A stretch of 64,000 nt of DNA, taken from the NCBI RefSeq assembly GCF_902713615.1, contig NC_052162.1, positions 71,435,686-71,499,685 of the forward strand. Direction: 5' to 3'. Below are positions 49,836 through 61,908 of the stretch, piece by piece. Below the pieces are notes generated by a model. The model did not search any database. It saw only the letters and a list, made by a program, of their open reading frames with translations, and was not told the DNA's origin. A program made the position numbers and the translations under genes. Source of the DNA: Scyliorhinus canicula (lineage: Eukaryota). Within the stretch, counting starts at the first letter, position 1. Every line of letters begins with the position of its first letter.

Positions 49836-52829
49836 TGATTGTGGTGTAAAATGGGCAGACAACACAAACCCATGTTGTTCCTAAATGATGGATTAGGTTA
49901 TTCTCTGGACGAATATGGTTATGTATTTTGTGGCCAATACCTCTTTTGGAGTCTACTTTCTGGAAATCAGTGCTATCTCATATGCATGTTTTTCCTTGAG
50001 AAAGACCCATGACTGAAAATAAACCTATATTTCTTACATGAAAATATAACCTCTTCTTGTGAATTATCTTATGAAATATCTCTGAATGATTTAAGCAAAT
50101 AATCAGGATATTCATGTTGTGCAGATTGATCATTATCTTCCATGTGCACTAAGTCAGGAAGTGTCAATGTCTGTTGGTGTTAGTTTGTTCAGTCAGCAGC
50201 GGTATAGCCTCTGGGGTATCAGGATATGGCGGTAAACTTATGCCTAGAACTAATGGCAACACTGTATTTGCAATGGCTCGCTCTAAAGGCTTCATGAATT
50301 AAATAAGAAAGCCCCTCATTCTGCTAGTAAATAATAAAACTCCCCATGAGCCCTCGTCGGAAAGAACACATATAACTTCAGTGGTTTATTGGCCCAAAAA
50401 ATCATGTATTAGGTTGTTTAACATGTAACAAATCCAATATGAATGTTTCTAAAAGTGTTGCTTGAAGGTTATTTCACGAATCCATAAGTGAAGATGAAAG
50501 ATGAATTCTGAACTATAACCATCTTCTCCTTCAACTGAATTATTAGAAATCCAGAAGAATTTGTGAAGCTGAGATAGGTTAACCTGAATGAATTGCAATT
50601 TGGACAAAATATGTTCAATAATGTAACGTGGGTTAAAGAAATAACGATTTAGAAAGGTATATTTTAAAATAATTACAGTACAATTGTGTTATGATTTGAA
50701 ATACTCCATTTATCTAATGTCAAGAATAATGTTTAGATTCTAAGAATCTGTATTCAAATATAACAATAAACCTCGCAGCAAACCTTGTAACCCAGAAATT
50801 AATGCTGGTGCTAACAATAGACAAATGTTTAGCTCAGCCTTTATTTTAGCAGAAGGGTTAAGCTGCTAATGTTCCACAGGTTAAAGACCCTCCTCAAATA
50901 AAGAAATGTTATGACTACATTAAGTATTTGTCTGTTATAATTGGGAGCAGTGAATTTTAAGCTTATGTGTTGATCTGTCTTTATGATCAAGTGTTCCATA
51001 ATCGCTAGACACTTTTGATACAAAAAATATACAAGGTTGCCATTAACCTCAATAGATCTAAATGCTATCAAAATCAGTGTTATCTACATACCCAAGACAT
51101 TTCCAAGTGATAATGAGGTCGTGAAGTGATGTACAGCTATGGGACATAAGTGCAGCACACTACTGAGAAACTAATTAGTGAGGTCATTTATCAGTACACC
51201 TGTGGTCGAAGAACAATGTTTCATTCTTAATGGGGCCGTGTATTGTTTATTAAAGAATCTGACTGTATGAATGCTTTTTAATTGGAGGTACAAGCTCCTC
51301 TGCAATCTGAACCCTTTTTAACCCAGTCATGGAAGTTGGTGATATACCCACAAATATATTCACATTCATCCTGATCCTGCTTGCCTGATGCAACATTGAA
51401 ACACGAGTGGACTGAAAAGCTAATGGCACAGCTACTGACACAGTTACAAGTGAAGAGCTCTTGTGGGCTCCTTGCTACCAATTAGTGTAAGTTGTGAGAG
51501 CAGTTACGTTCTGGGAGCTCACCCACAGGGACTGGTTTGAAGGCTACTCAAATTAATTTTAGGTGAGACTCTTACCAGAAAGGCAGTTTTATCTGATCTC
51601 CCTGGGTTAGATGTGGGTCCAGGTGCCTGGCAGTTTTAATGATTGTCTAGGTTCTTTCAAACTAGAGAAAGGGACTAAGTAATTTTAATAATATTGAAAA
51701 ATTTATTTTGCAAGTCATGAAAAGATCAAGGAAATGGCCAAAGCTGTCATCTATAAAATTACAAGTATTTTGTATCTAACAGCTATATATATGTATGTAT
51801 ACACAAACATGTTGAAAGTCAAATAAATAGCATTTCAGGCATGAAGAATAGTTATTTTTTTTAACCATAGAAGCAAGGACCCTGAGCAAAAGGAGAAAAT
51901 TCTCATCGACATTGGTTTTTAGGTGGATAAAATCACATCTTCAAATCTCACAAACTTGAAAATGCCTGAGAAGCAATATTCCACCCACTGCCTGATCATT
52001 AGCCGGTTTTTAATGTACAAGAATGAATTCAGAAATTCCCAATCATGTGTTTCAAAATGAGTATAATTTTGAGACAAATGGAAGGAGAGTGTCTCAAAAC
52101 CAGCAACCTTAGGACTGAATCTGTGCCACATTTCAGAACTTGTAGAAAAAGAATCAGGGCTGGAATCTCCGAAAACCAGCGCGATGGCTACGACCCGGCG
52201 CCGTAATCAACGCCGCGCGGCGTTACAGCACATACGTGACCCCCCCTCCCCCAGAAGACCCGCTAAGATGGACGCCCGCCGCGCAGCACCGAGGTTCCAG
52301 AGGAGGGAGGCCATGTACCCCGGACATGGCCGCAGGGGTGCCTCACGCCTCAGCCGGCGCCTGTGGAGCGAGATGGCAGAGGCCGTCAGCACTGTGGCTG
52401 TGACACCGAGGACAGGCACCCAGTGCCACAAGAAGGTGAACGACCTCGTCAGGGCAGCCAGGGTGAGTACCCCCCCCCCTCCCCCGATGTGCGGCACACA
52501 CCCAGGTGCAACCAACCCTAACGCTAACCCAACCCTAACCCTGATGTGCTGCGCACCTCTGCCAATATACGTGCAAACTCTGGCGTGCATTCATGTACCT
52601 GACTAACACTGTTGCCCTTTACCCCTGCCACCCACCCGCCCGCCCCCCCACAGGAGAAGGACGCACACAACAACAAGGTGCGTGAGAGGACTGGAGGGTG
52701 CCCGCCTTCCTCATTCATGAGGAAAGGGCCCTGGAACTGTCAGGCGAACATAAGGACCGGGAGGTTGCCGATGCAGAGGTCGGGGGCCCACCAGCAAGTG
52801 AGCCACCCACTGCCCATCCCCATTCCCCC

Positions 52830-53170
52830 CCTCCACATATCCCCCATATCCCCTCTCCCCATATACCCCTCTCCCATATCTCCCCTCCCCATATCCCCCA
52901 TATCCCCCTCTCCCATATCCTTCCTCCCCATATCCCCCTCCCCATATCCCCCATATCCCTGCTCCCATATCCCCCTCCCCATATCCCCCATATCCCCGCT
53001 CTCCCATATCCTTCGTCCCCCATATCCCCCCTCCCCATATCCCCCCTCCCCATATCCCCCATATCCCCGCTCTCCCATATCTTTCCTCTTTCATATCCCC
53101 TTCCCCATATCCCCCCTCCCCCATTTCCCCCATATCCCCCCTTCCCCATCTCCCCCCTCCCCCATATTCC
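52830..53170 (+). repeat. Intronic minisatellite of CCCCATAT / CTCCCCATATCC units
   Basis: Directly visible tandem C-rich units. Confidence 0.95.
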
Positions 53171-53419
53171 CCGATCACTGCCCGCGTGTCTAACCATGCA
53201 TGCTGTATTGTGTATTGCAGGACCAAACGTCAAGGCGCCCGTCCCGTGGATTCCGACCGCCCGCAGGACGCCCCAGGGCGGACACGAGAGAGGGAGAGAC
53301 CCGGAGCAACAGGGAGACGACGCTCCCATCTTGTGCGGGGGCGGTGACGTAGGCGTGTGACACCCAGCGACGAGGGGAGCAGCCACAGGCCCCTGTCGCA
53401 GCCGAGCCAAGACACCACT

Positions 53420-53644
53420 ACCCAGGACAGCCCTACCCAGGACACCTCTACCCAGGACACCACTACCCAGTACACCCCTACCTAGGACTGCCCTACCCAG
53501 GACAGCTCTACCCAGGACACGACTACCCAGGACAGCCCTACCCAGGACACGACTACCCAGGACAGCCCTACCCAGGACACGACTACCCAGGACAGCCCTA
53601 CCCAGGACACGACTACCCAGGACAGCCCTACCCAGGACACCAAC
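53420..53644 (+). repeat. Coding tandem repeat, about 15 x 15 bp (ACCCAGGACAnnnCT), encoding TQD(S/T)(P/T)
   Basis: Units alternate acccaggacagccct / acccaggacacgact, giving a 30-bp higher-order period in the 3' half. Confidence 0.95.
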
Positions 53645-54589
53645 ACACATGACACCGAAATACAGGACAGTGACACACAGTCGACAAGTGGAGATGAGGT
53701 GCCACCCCAGAGTACCATGGACTCTGAGTCGGATGATGCTCACGACACAACGCCACTGCTGTCTCCAACACCCTCCACCATCGCAGAGACACTCACCTTG
53801 GTTGGGCACTTTAGTGATGAGGCGTCTGGTACATTCACTGGTGCGCACCACATAGCCGTACCGGTACAGCAGGTGGAGGTAGGAACAGCTGAGGGGCCTG
53901 GAGGTCGGAGGGCATCCTGGCACAAGCGAACCTCTGCTGCTCAGATGGGTCCCGGGTTCCTGGAGTTACCACACCCACACATAGACCCGATGCAGCCACC
54001 AAACCTGGGACGAAGGAAGAGGATGATGGCTGGCTTGCAGCAGCTGCAGACGCAGGTGGAGGAGTCCACCCGCGTCCAGGATCTGGGAGTGGTGCCGGTC
54101 ATCCGTGCCACCCAGGCAGGCAATGGCCCAGTCTCTGCAGGCCATGGCCCAGCCTCAGCAGGCCATCACTGAGGGCATCGGCGTCATTGCTCATGTGCTA
54201 GCCGGCGTCGCATGGTCAAAGACAGGGATGGGCAGCTCCCTGAGCTCCATGGCTGCAAACCCGCAGACCCTTGCCGATACCAGGGTGGGCCTCCATGACT
54301 GGCAGCGCCAGGTGTCGGGGGGGCGTCGGATATCCGGTCTGTTCGCACCCCCGACCCATGCAGAGGCCAGGGGGCCATCGGGCACCCCGAGGGAGGAGGT
54401 AAACAAACAATTAGACACTGAGCAAGTTGTCAGGGGTGCAGGGCACAGAGGAGTTTTAGGGGCTTGGGCACGTGTATGTACTGTTTGTTATTAAAATCAC
54501 TTTCACACCTACAGAAACTGCCTTTGTGCTCTGTCCAAAGCGTGCGGGGTGTCATGTACGTTGAGCACCAGTGTGTGTGTGTAGGGGTG

Positions 54590-55990
54590 GTCTTACGTCG
54601 CCCCCAGGTGAGTGTGCCCCCCCTCCCCCTGGGCCGCCCTCTCCATCCCCCAGGCAGATAATGGGACCGTGCGCTGCAGTCTCACGGCCGCATGCAGGGA
54701 TGGTCCAGGTGGATGGTGGTACTGTGGCCATGGGTCAGACATTGTCCAACGATGTGGAGCCAGGAGCTCATCGCAGAGCGGGTGGTCATCATCCTTCATG
54801 GTCTCCAATGGACACGCTTCCACCGGCGACTGTGTGAGCCCTGCCCGTCGTGCCGCAGGTGGATCTGCAATGAAGGGGTGGTGTGCAGGCTGGTGGGGTG
54901 GGTGTGGTTGGTGGGTGGGTGGTGGGGGGGAGGGGGGGATGAGGATGTTGGTGCTGGGTGGGTGGGGGTGTTGGTGCTGGGTGGGTGAGGGGGGGTGAAG
55001 GTGGTCGGATGTTGCCATGGTGTGCGCTATGTAGCCATACTCGCCGGTTCCCACGCCCCCTAGTCAGTGAATGGGGCAGCTTGTATCACAGCCCTTGTCG
55101 CTGCATGGGTATCATTGTAGCTGTTCTCCACGTCACTCTGTGGTCTCCGTATAGGCGTCATCAGCCATGACCGCAATGGGAAACCCCTGTCGCCCAGAAA
55201 CCAGCCCCTCAGCTGGGGGTGGCGTCCCTCGAACATGCTGGGGATGAGACCGCGACAACACGTATGAGTCATGAACACTTCCCGGGTACTGGTCGCAGAC
55301 GTGCAGGATAATCATGCGGTGGTCGCAGACAACCTGCATATTCATGGAATAGGTCCCCTTCCTATTGGTTAACAAGGCCCTGTTATCTGCAGGTGGCCAC
55401 ATGGCAATGTGCATCCCATCATTCGCCCCCTGGACCATAAGAAAACCGGCCACAGCAGAGAAGCCCATGGCCCGGGCATCCTGGCTCGCCCGGTCCACAG
55501 GGAACCGGATGTAGCCGTCCGCAATGGCATAAAGGGCGTCTGTCACTGCTCGGATGCACCGGTGCATCGATGTCTGCGAGATGCTGGACAGGTCCCCACT
55601 CGATGCCTGGAATGACCCCCATGGCATAAAAGTTCAGGGCCACCGTAACCTTGATGGACACGGGGAGAGGGTGTCCTCCCCCAGTGCCAGGTGGCCAGCA
55701 GGTGGCAGATGTGTGCTATGGTTTCGCGGCTCATCCGGAGTCTCCTTCTGCATTCCCGGTCCGTGAGGTCCTGGAACGACGAATGGGGCCGGTACATACC
55801 GGGCCTCCTCAGGCGTATCCGTCGCCGTGGCACCACAACGTCCTCCGCCCTCTCCTCGTGCTCCCCTCCCCCTCCTCATCCTGTTGGGCGGGTGGCCCTC
55901 CAGCCTGGGCGGCTGCCGCCTGCCCTTCTGCGGAAGCCTGCTCCGCCTCTCTGGCCCGCTCCTCCTCCTCCTCTTCATCGAGGGCAACAC
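54590..55990 (-). pseudogene. HARBI1-like DDE transposase, frameshifted
   Basis: SFQDLTDRECRRRLRMSRE, KVTVALNFYA.GSFQ, VQGANDGMHI, NRKGTYSMNMQVVCD, YPGSVHDSYVL, WFLGDRGFPLRSWLMTP, YNDTHAATRAVI. Confidence 0.92.
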
Positions 55991-55999
55991 GTAGAATAG

Positions 56000-57230
56000 C
56001 GGCCTCCCCTCCCCGACACTTGCTCTCTCCCCCCCTCCTCGGCACTCTTTCCCCCCCCCCCCTCCCTGACACTCACCCCCCTCCCCGGCACTCGCACTCA
56101 CCCCTCCACGGCACTCGGTCTCACCCCCCCTCCCCGGCACTCCCCCCCCCTCCCTGACACACCCCCTGTCCCCCTCCCCGGCACTCACCCCCCCTCCCCG
56201 GCACTCGCACTCACCCCTCTTCCACGGCACTCGCTCTCACCCCCCCTCCCAGCACTCGCTCTCACCCCCCCTCCCCGGCCCCCCCCCACTCCCAGGCACT
56301 CACTCTCACCCCCACTCCCCGGCACTCACACTCATCCCCCCCCCCCGGCACTCGCTCTCTCCCCCCCCCACACCGGCACTCACCCCTCCTCCCCGGCACT
56401 CGCTCTCATCCCCCCTCCCTGGCACTCACACTCACCCCCCCCCACCTGGCACTCGCTCTCTCCCCCCACACCGGCACTCACCCCTCCTCCCCGGCACTCG
56501 CTTTCACCCCCCTTCCAGGCACCCCCCCCCTCCCAGGCACTCACTCTCACCCCCACTCCCCGGCACCCGCTCTCTCCCCCCCCATACCGGCACTCACCCC
56601 TCCTCCCAGGCACTCACTCTCACCCCCCCGGCACTCGCTCTCACCCCCCCCTCCCCGGCACCTCCCCCCCCTCCCAGGCACTCACTCTCACCCCCACTCT
56701 CCGGCACTCACACTCACCCCCCCCCACCCGGCACTCGCTCTCTCCCCACACACCGGCACTCACCCCTCCTCCCCGGCACTCGCTTTCACCCCCCTCCTCG
56801 GCACTCGCTTTCCCCCCCCTACCCGGCACTAGCTTTCACCCCCCTCCCCGGCACTAGCTTTCACCCCCCTCCCCGGCACTCGCTCTCACCCCCCCTTCCC
56901 CGGCACTCGCTCTCACCCCCCCTCCCTGGCACCCCCCCCTCCCCGGCACTCGCTCTCACCCCCCCTCCCCGGCACCTCCCCCCCTCCCAGGCACTCAATC
57001 TCACCCCCACTCCCCAGCACACACTCACACCCCCCCTCCCCGGCACTCGCTCTCACCCCCCCCCCCCCCCCCGGCACTCGCTATCACCCCCCCTCCCTGG
57101 CACTCGCTCTCACCCCCCCTCCCTGGCACTCGCTCTTACCCCCCTCCCCGGCACTCGCTTTCTCCTCCCCCTCCCCGGCACTCTCCCCCCCCGGCAATCA
57201 CTCTCTCCCCCCCCCCCTCACAGAGCCCCC
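56000..57230 (+). repeat. C-rich minisatellite of CCCCGGCACTCGCTCTCA-like units, probably in a transposase intron
   Basis: Dozens of variable ~20-25 bp units. Confidence 0.95.
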
Positions 57231-57542
57231 CCCACACACCCCTACCCCGCACACACAGACTGCGGCCACGCCGTCACTTCTCTTGTGGCCACCCCACATG
57301 CCGTGACCTACCTCCACGCTGTATGGCATCAACCATCAGCACTGGTTGATGCCGTTATATAGGTGTTTTGATTTACGCCGACGTGACCCATGGTCACGTC
57401 GGTGGGACTTCGACACATGCGGCCGGGAGAATACGGGCAGCACCGGGGTCCATAGCGTCGCGCCGGCCCCTGCCATTCTCCGAGGCGGGCGGCGCGATTG
57501 ACCTTAATTAAATGAATAGGGATGCATGAATCAAGAGATAAT

Positions 57543-57770
57543 GGGCTGGATTCTCCCCTACCCGGCGTGACGGAGGGTCCCGGCGTAGGGGAGTGGTGCC
57601 AACCACTCAAGGGTCGGGCCTCCCCAAAGGTGGTGAATTCTCCCCACCTTTGGGGGCCAGCCCCACGCCGGAGCGGTTGGCACCAGAAGACTGGCGCAAA
57701 AAGACTGGGCTGGATTTTCGGCGGCCTCAGGTGATTCTCCGACCCTGCTGGGCATCAGAGAATTTCGCCC
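57543..57770. mobile_element. Short Harbinger MITE
   Basis: GGGCTGGATTCTCC / GAGAATTTCGCCC, TSD AAT, second internal TIR-like copy at ~57707. Confidence 0.85.
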
Positions 57771-58942
57771 AATGTTATAGAATGCATACCATAAAGTGCT
57801 TTCCATCTGTCTGAATCTTGAGCCTTTCTGGAACACCTTTCTGTCAAGGAACTTCACCTGTCTGTTCTATTTATGCGAACAAAGCTGTATCTGACATATT
57901 GGTTTCATTTTGAGGTAGCCTTTTCTGACTCTTACTGCAGGCTGATGAATACTCACTCTTCTGCTTGGTTTTAAAGTTAGTAGTTTTCTTTTTAATGACA
58001 CTGCTGCTTCTAACCTTACTGAAAATATGCTCTCAAGCAGAATACATAGCTAAGTATTTCACTTCATGGAATTCTGCAAAGGTCTTTGTTCTTTCTGGGT
58101 GAGTTCAACCATCTCTGCCACTGATTTCAATCAAATCCAAACTGTCTCAGCCAATTGTCAGAAAGGTTCAGCAATTTTCACTGGTGAGGTAAGGTAAGGA
58201 AGGCTGACTCGCAGTCTTTGCTGAATTTAAAGTATGTGAATGCAAGTGGAGCTGCCAGAGGACTAAGCTAAGCTGAGCTGCTCGTTGCACGGGAAGGGCG
58301 CGACAAAGTGGATAACTATTGAGCACGCCACTGAATTGATGCAGCAACTCCCTGAACAAGCCTGCAAGCTTTTTCACTCATTAAATTGCTCTTCAAATTG
58401 TTCAATGGCCTGCACAGAAAAATGTCAATTTTCAGGACATCACCGATTTTTGGATAGCCGGGTTTGAGGTTCTGTACTATACGAGTAAAATTGATCCATT
58501 TTTGCCTATGAATGCTCGAGCTGAATGTTCCAGCGCTCTGGGTTTTACAATAAAATTCTTATGGTTGTTAAATCCAATACAAAACTACTGGGTATGAATA
58601 TAGATCATTTATTTGTTATAATGCACCTGCATTTGCAGCCTTGGTTCCAACCATAGATATAACCCACTGAGCTACTATCTCTCATAAGAACAGGAATAGT
58701 CTATATATAGCTAGCAATATAAAGTTACTTCACAACCTTACACTGGGTCACTGTAAATGTCAACTCACATACCTTGTCATTTACGTTTGTTAATATGTCA
58801 CTATCTACGCCTGAATCATCCCCCCAATCAGTAAATCCTTTTACATCGACTTGATGGTAGAATGGCATAAAACACGACTGACTGCGAATGTGTGCACCTG
58901 CCAATCAGACCTCCCAAGGGAGCTCAGGTGAATGCATCACTT

Positions 58943-58973
<31 letters not shown>

Positions 58974-59909
58974 GGGGGGGAAGAGGGGTGGGGTAAGAGT
59001 CATGACCAGCGCTGCCCTGGCACTGCCACCTCGATCTACCTCCTGGTGTGCTGGGTGGATGCAAGGGGGGTTCTACGGTGAATTCCTTTGAGCTGGGACA
59101 GCCTTTAAAAATCGCAGCTCGATTCTCTAGAGACTGAGTTGCTGGCGGGGCGAGTGAATGACAGGCTTGCTCCGCCAATGATACATTCTAGGCCCTGACC
59201 CTTAACTTGCCTTTTTTTCCATGTGCTTGACTTCATGGCGGAGAAAGATGTTGTTGCTGACAGCAACCTCAACACCACTTTTGCTGCCCACTATCAGCCT
59301 TTGCCGATTTCCGGGAAAATCTTGCCTCTTGTGTTTTGCTTTAGCTCTTTCCAGTGTTTGAACATTGCTTTTAGCAAATATTGAGTTTACATGAAAAACT
59401 CGAGCTTAAATGTCACATTTTTATAGGTTGTCTGTTGCAGACAATAAATGGGAAGCTTGAGGTTAATTCATTGTGTCACTTACCAGTATACATTTGTATG
59501 CTGACTTTGTCCTCCAGTAACTTAAAAGAAAAATTTACAGGTAGTTCTTTATTTAGCCTGGGTTCACACCAGCCTGCTTATCTATTATCTGTAGAAGCTG
59601 GTGTGAAAGGAAATAGAATTCCAGCAGTTGTCTTGTTGTTTCAAAATTGAATTTAAAAAGATTGAAAATGCATCAAAACAGTTAAATGTGACACGATGAT
59701 TCATCAAAGATCTGCACGATGCTGTGAACTCCATGATCTTCCTCTACCGGTATGACATCCCTCCTGGAGTCCACAGGTTTTTGATTCTTATACTCGAGAT
59801 TGTAAAAGAAATTATGCAGGGCACCAAAGTTGAATCTGTACATTTTACTGTATTTTCAAGACAGATCTAAAACCATTTAAAATTAATTATAAAACACCAC
59901 AATCCTGCG

Positions 59910-60208
59910 GCTCATCGAGTCTGCACCAGCCCTTGGAAAGAGCACCAAAGCCCACGCCTCCACCCTATCCCCATAACCCAGTAACCCCACCTAACCTTTT
60001 TGGACACACAGGGCAATTTACCATGGCCAATCCACCTAACCTGCACATGGTTGGACTGTGGAAGAAAACCGGAGCACCCAGAGAAAACCCACGCAGACAC
60101 GGGGAGAACGTGCAGACTCCGCATAGACAGTGACCCAAGCCGGGAATCAAACCTGGGAGCCTGGAGCTGCGAAGCAACTGTGCTCGCTTCTATGCTACTG
60201 TGGTGCCC
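59910..60208 (-). mobile_element. HE1-type SINE
   Basis: Reverse head and V-core. Confidence 0.9.
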
Positions 60209-60227
60209 AATATGAGTAGTACACCAT

Positions 60228-60440
60228 TAAAGTAAGTAAAGTCACCATAGTCCCAGATGACCACAGGCTGCTTTCTCCTTTGAGGGGGAGAGCTGACTCG
60301 TGGTAACTTAATGTGAGGATTACCACATCTCAGATTGGGGCAAGGTTGAGAAGGCAGAATCTTCATGAATAACCTCAGCCTGTACAGGAATTGAACCCAT
60401 GTCTTGCTCTGTACTACTAACTGGCTGACCCCAGCCAACT
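60228..60440 (-). mobile_element. Fourth tRNA-derived SINE type
   Basis: Reverse head (GGAATTGAACCC = B box GGGTTCAATTCC). Tail ..GGGACTATGGTGACTTTACTTACTT. Confidence 0.7.
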
Positions 60441-60703
60441 GAGTTGAACCAGTCTCCAATACACGACACCCAAGGACACCAATAGAATTACAAGAGATAA
60501 CCATATATACAATTGTCAGTGAGTGTTCAACTCTTCTTGATTGAAAGTCCTCCTGGTGTGAAGACTGACCAAGTCACCTTGTTCCACCTGTGAAGAATGA
60601 GTTTCATTTAGTAATCACCTTTTATAGATTTTGTTCAATGTCAGGATTTCAATCAGCATCCAGAATAATCTTTTGTAAAATAAATTATCCAATGGAACAT
60701 CAT

Positions 60704-60825
60704 GGGTGGGATTCTACGTCCCGCCAGCTGGCCAAAGGCGTTTCTCATTGCGGGCAGCCCCACACTGTTGGGAAATCCCCAGGCTGACCGCGCAACAGAG
60801 AATCCCGCCGCCGGAGAATCCAGCT
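60704..60825. mobile_element. Mini Harbinger MITE
   Basis: GGGTGGGATTCT / GAGAATCCAGCT, TSD CAT. Confidence 0.8.
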
Positions 60826-61090
60826 CATATTCTTTGTTTGAACCATGGAGTGAAAGCCCACCTTGATATTATCCATTCTTCACCAGCTTCTCTCGTTTTT
60901 ACATGCGCCTTTTACCTTTGATCAACTAGATTTTATATTATATTTTCCTATATCGTCCTGGGTTGTTTTCCGCAACTCTCTCGAAATATCTCCCCTCCAA
61001 TTTGGAAAGTAACTTTCAGATCTTCCTTATTCATTTGTTACCAGTTACTTACATTGTGAGCTGTTCATAATAGTTGTTATCCAGTCGTAA

Positions 61091-61438
61091 ATGTTGCCTA
61101 ATAGAGAAAGTGGAAGTTCTATTCAATAATTACCTTGCATTCCAGCATGAATGATGCCTTAAGATAGTGTGTGTTGCGTATAGTTCTCCATTATAACAGT
61201 GGGCCTCAAAATTTTGTTTTCTGTCACTGTCCAATGGTTCTTCTTTATCTGTGGAAACCAGCCTGCTGTTTTCGGCAAGGCCAGTCTTCTAACGATAACT
61301 CCCTTTATTAAAGTGAAAAAGGTCGCTGCAGCGAGATACAACGCTTGGGTCCCATCCCGGGGACCTACCGAGATGCCGGCCCGGATTGGAACTGTGGGCT
61401 TTAAACCAGCCCCTATGCATCTTCTATTGGGCAACCCT
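61091..61438. mobile_element. MITE with hAT/Tip100-like termini
   Basis: Imperfect TIRs ATGTTGCCTAATAGA / TCTATTGGGCAACCCT. No TSD. Confidence 0.55.
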
Positions 61439-61744
61439 CTGTCCGCTGAATAGGGGAATTTGTACTCCACGAAGCCCAAGGGGAGATCTATAGATGATGC
61501 CATGTGTCCTTCGTGATCACCATTACAAGCAGGTATTATATAATCTTTTGGCCTTGCGAAACATGCTAATTTGAAATTTGGTCAAGCATTATATTTGTTC
61601 AAGTTTTAACAAACCTCTATTCTTAAATTGCAAAACCAAATTTGAATGGAAAGCCAATGGGGGTAAATCTTAATATAACTTGCCAGACAGGAAACACCTA
61701 TGTGTATGTGATGCCAACAGTTTAAAATTAACTACATAATCATA

Positions 61745-61908
61745 CATGAAATTAAAAATGAAAATCACTTATTGTCACGAGTAGGCTTCATTGAAAAGCC
61801 CCTAGTCGCCTGTTCCGGGAGGCTGGTACGGGAATTGAACCGTGCTGCTGGCCTGCCTTGGTCTGCTTTAAAAGCCAGCAATTTAGCGCAGTGTGCTAAA
61901 CCAGCCCC
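61745..61908 (-). mobile_element. Family-B SINE
   Basis: Reverse complement of the 5790-5990 type. Confidence 0.85.

Larger units (their letters stand above)
52268..54400 (+). pseudogene. Harbinger Myb/SANT-like gene, at least 3 exons (52268-~52462, ~52654-52797, 53221-~54398), disrupted
   Basis: MDARRAAPRF..RREAMYPG..LWSEMAEAVSTVAVTPRTGTQCHKKVNDLVRAAR|gtgagt; cag|EKDAHNNKVRERTGG; ttgcag| acceptor at 53220. Confidence 0.85.
52157..57500. mobile_element. Near-complete PIF/Harbinger transposon with convergent Myb (+) and transposase (-) genes; right TIR lost
   Basis: Left TIR GGGCTGGAATCTCC and both gene types present. Confidence 0.9.
59550..60600 (+). pseudogene. Highly decayed ISL2EU-type DDE transposase, interrupted by two SINEs
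   Basis: One frame reads LLIYYL*KLV*KEIEFQQLSCCFKI..ASKQLNVTR*FIKDLHDAVNSMIF.YRYDI, then PQVFDSYTRDCK/EIMQGTKV, NYK/HHN (59885-59903) and DTNRITRDNHI. These parallel the motifs LL.LMKLR..DLA.RF.IS..S..TWI, MP..F..Y..CR.IIDGTE, NYKHHNT and TR.IA..RIH. Confidence 0.6.

Noticed and set aside
51278-51481. Cys-rich 67-aa ORF
   Set aside because: No recognisable domain, non-ATG start, no supported splice partners.
52511-52542. Interstitial telomere-like TAACCC motifs
   Set aside because: Only a few degenerate units in a transposon intron.
53420-53644. CRISPR-like array
   Set aside because: Head-to-tail 15-bp units with no unique spacers, in eukaryotic DNA with no cas genes.
52715-53923. 402-aa ORF, the longest in the track
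   Set aside because: Antisense read-through of stop-poor minisatellites inside the Harbinger Myb gene.
59680-59870. Minus-strand terminal exon with an in-frame TGA (selenoprotein idea)
   Set aside because: No SECIS seen, and the plus strand explains the region better as a transposase remnant.
61159-61503. 114-aa ORF as a host gene or exon
   Set aside because: Only the first ~20 codons are YqaJ-like. The rest lies within a MITE bounded by inverted termini (61091-61438).
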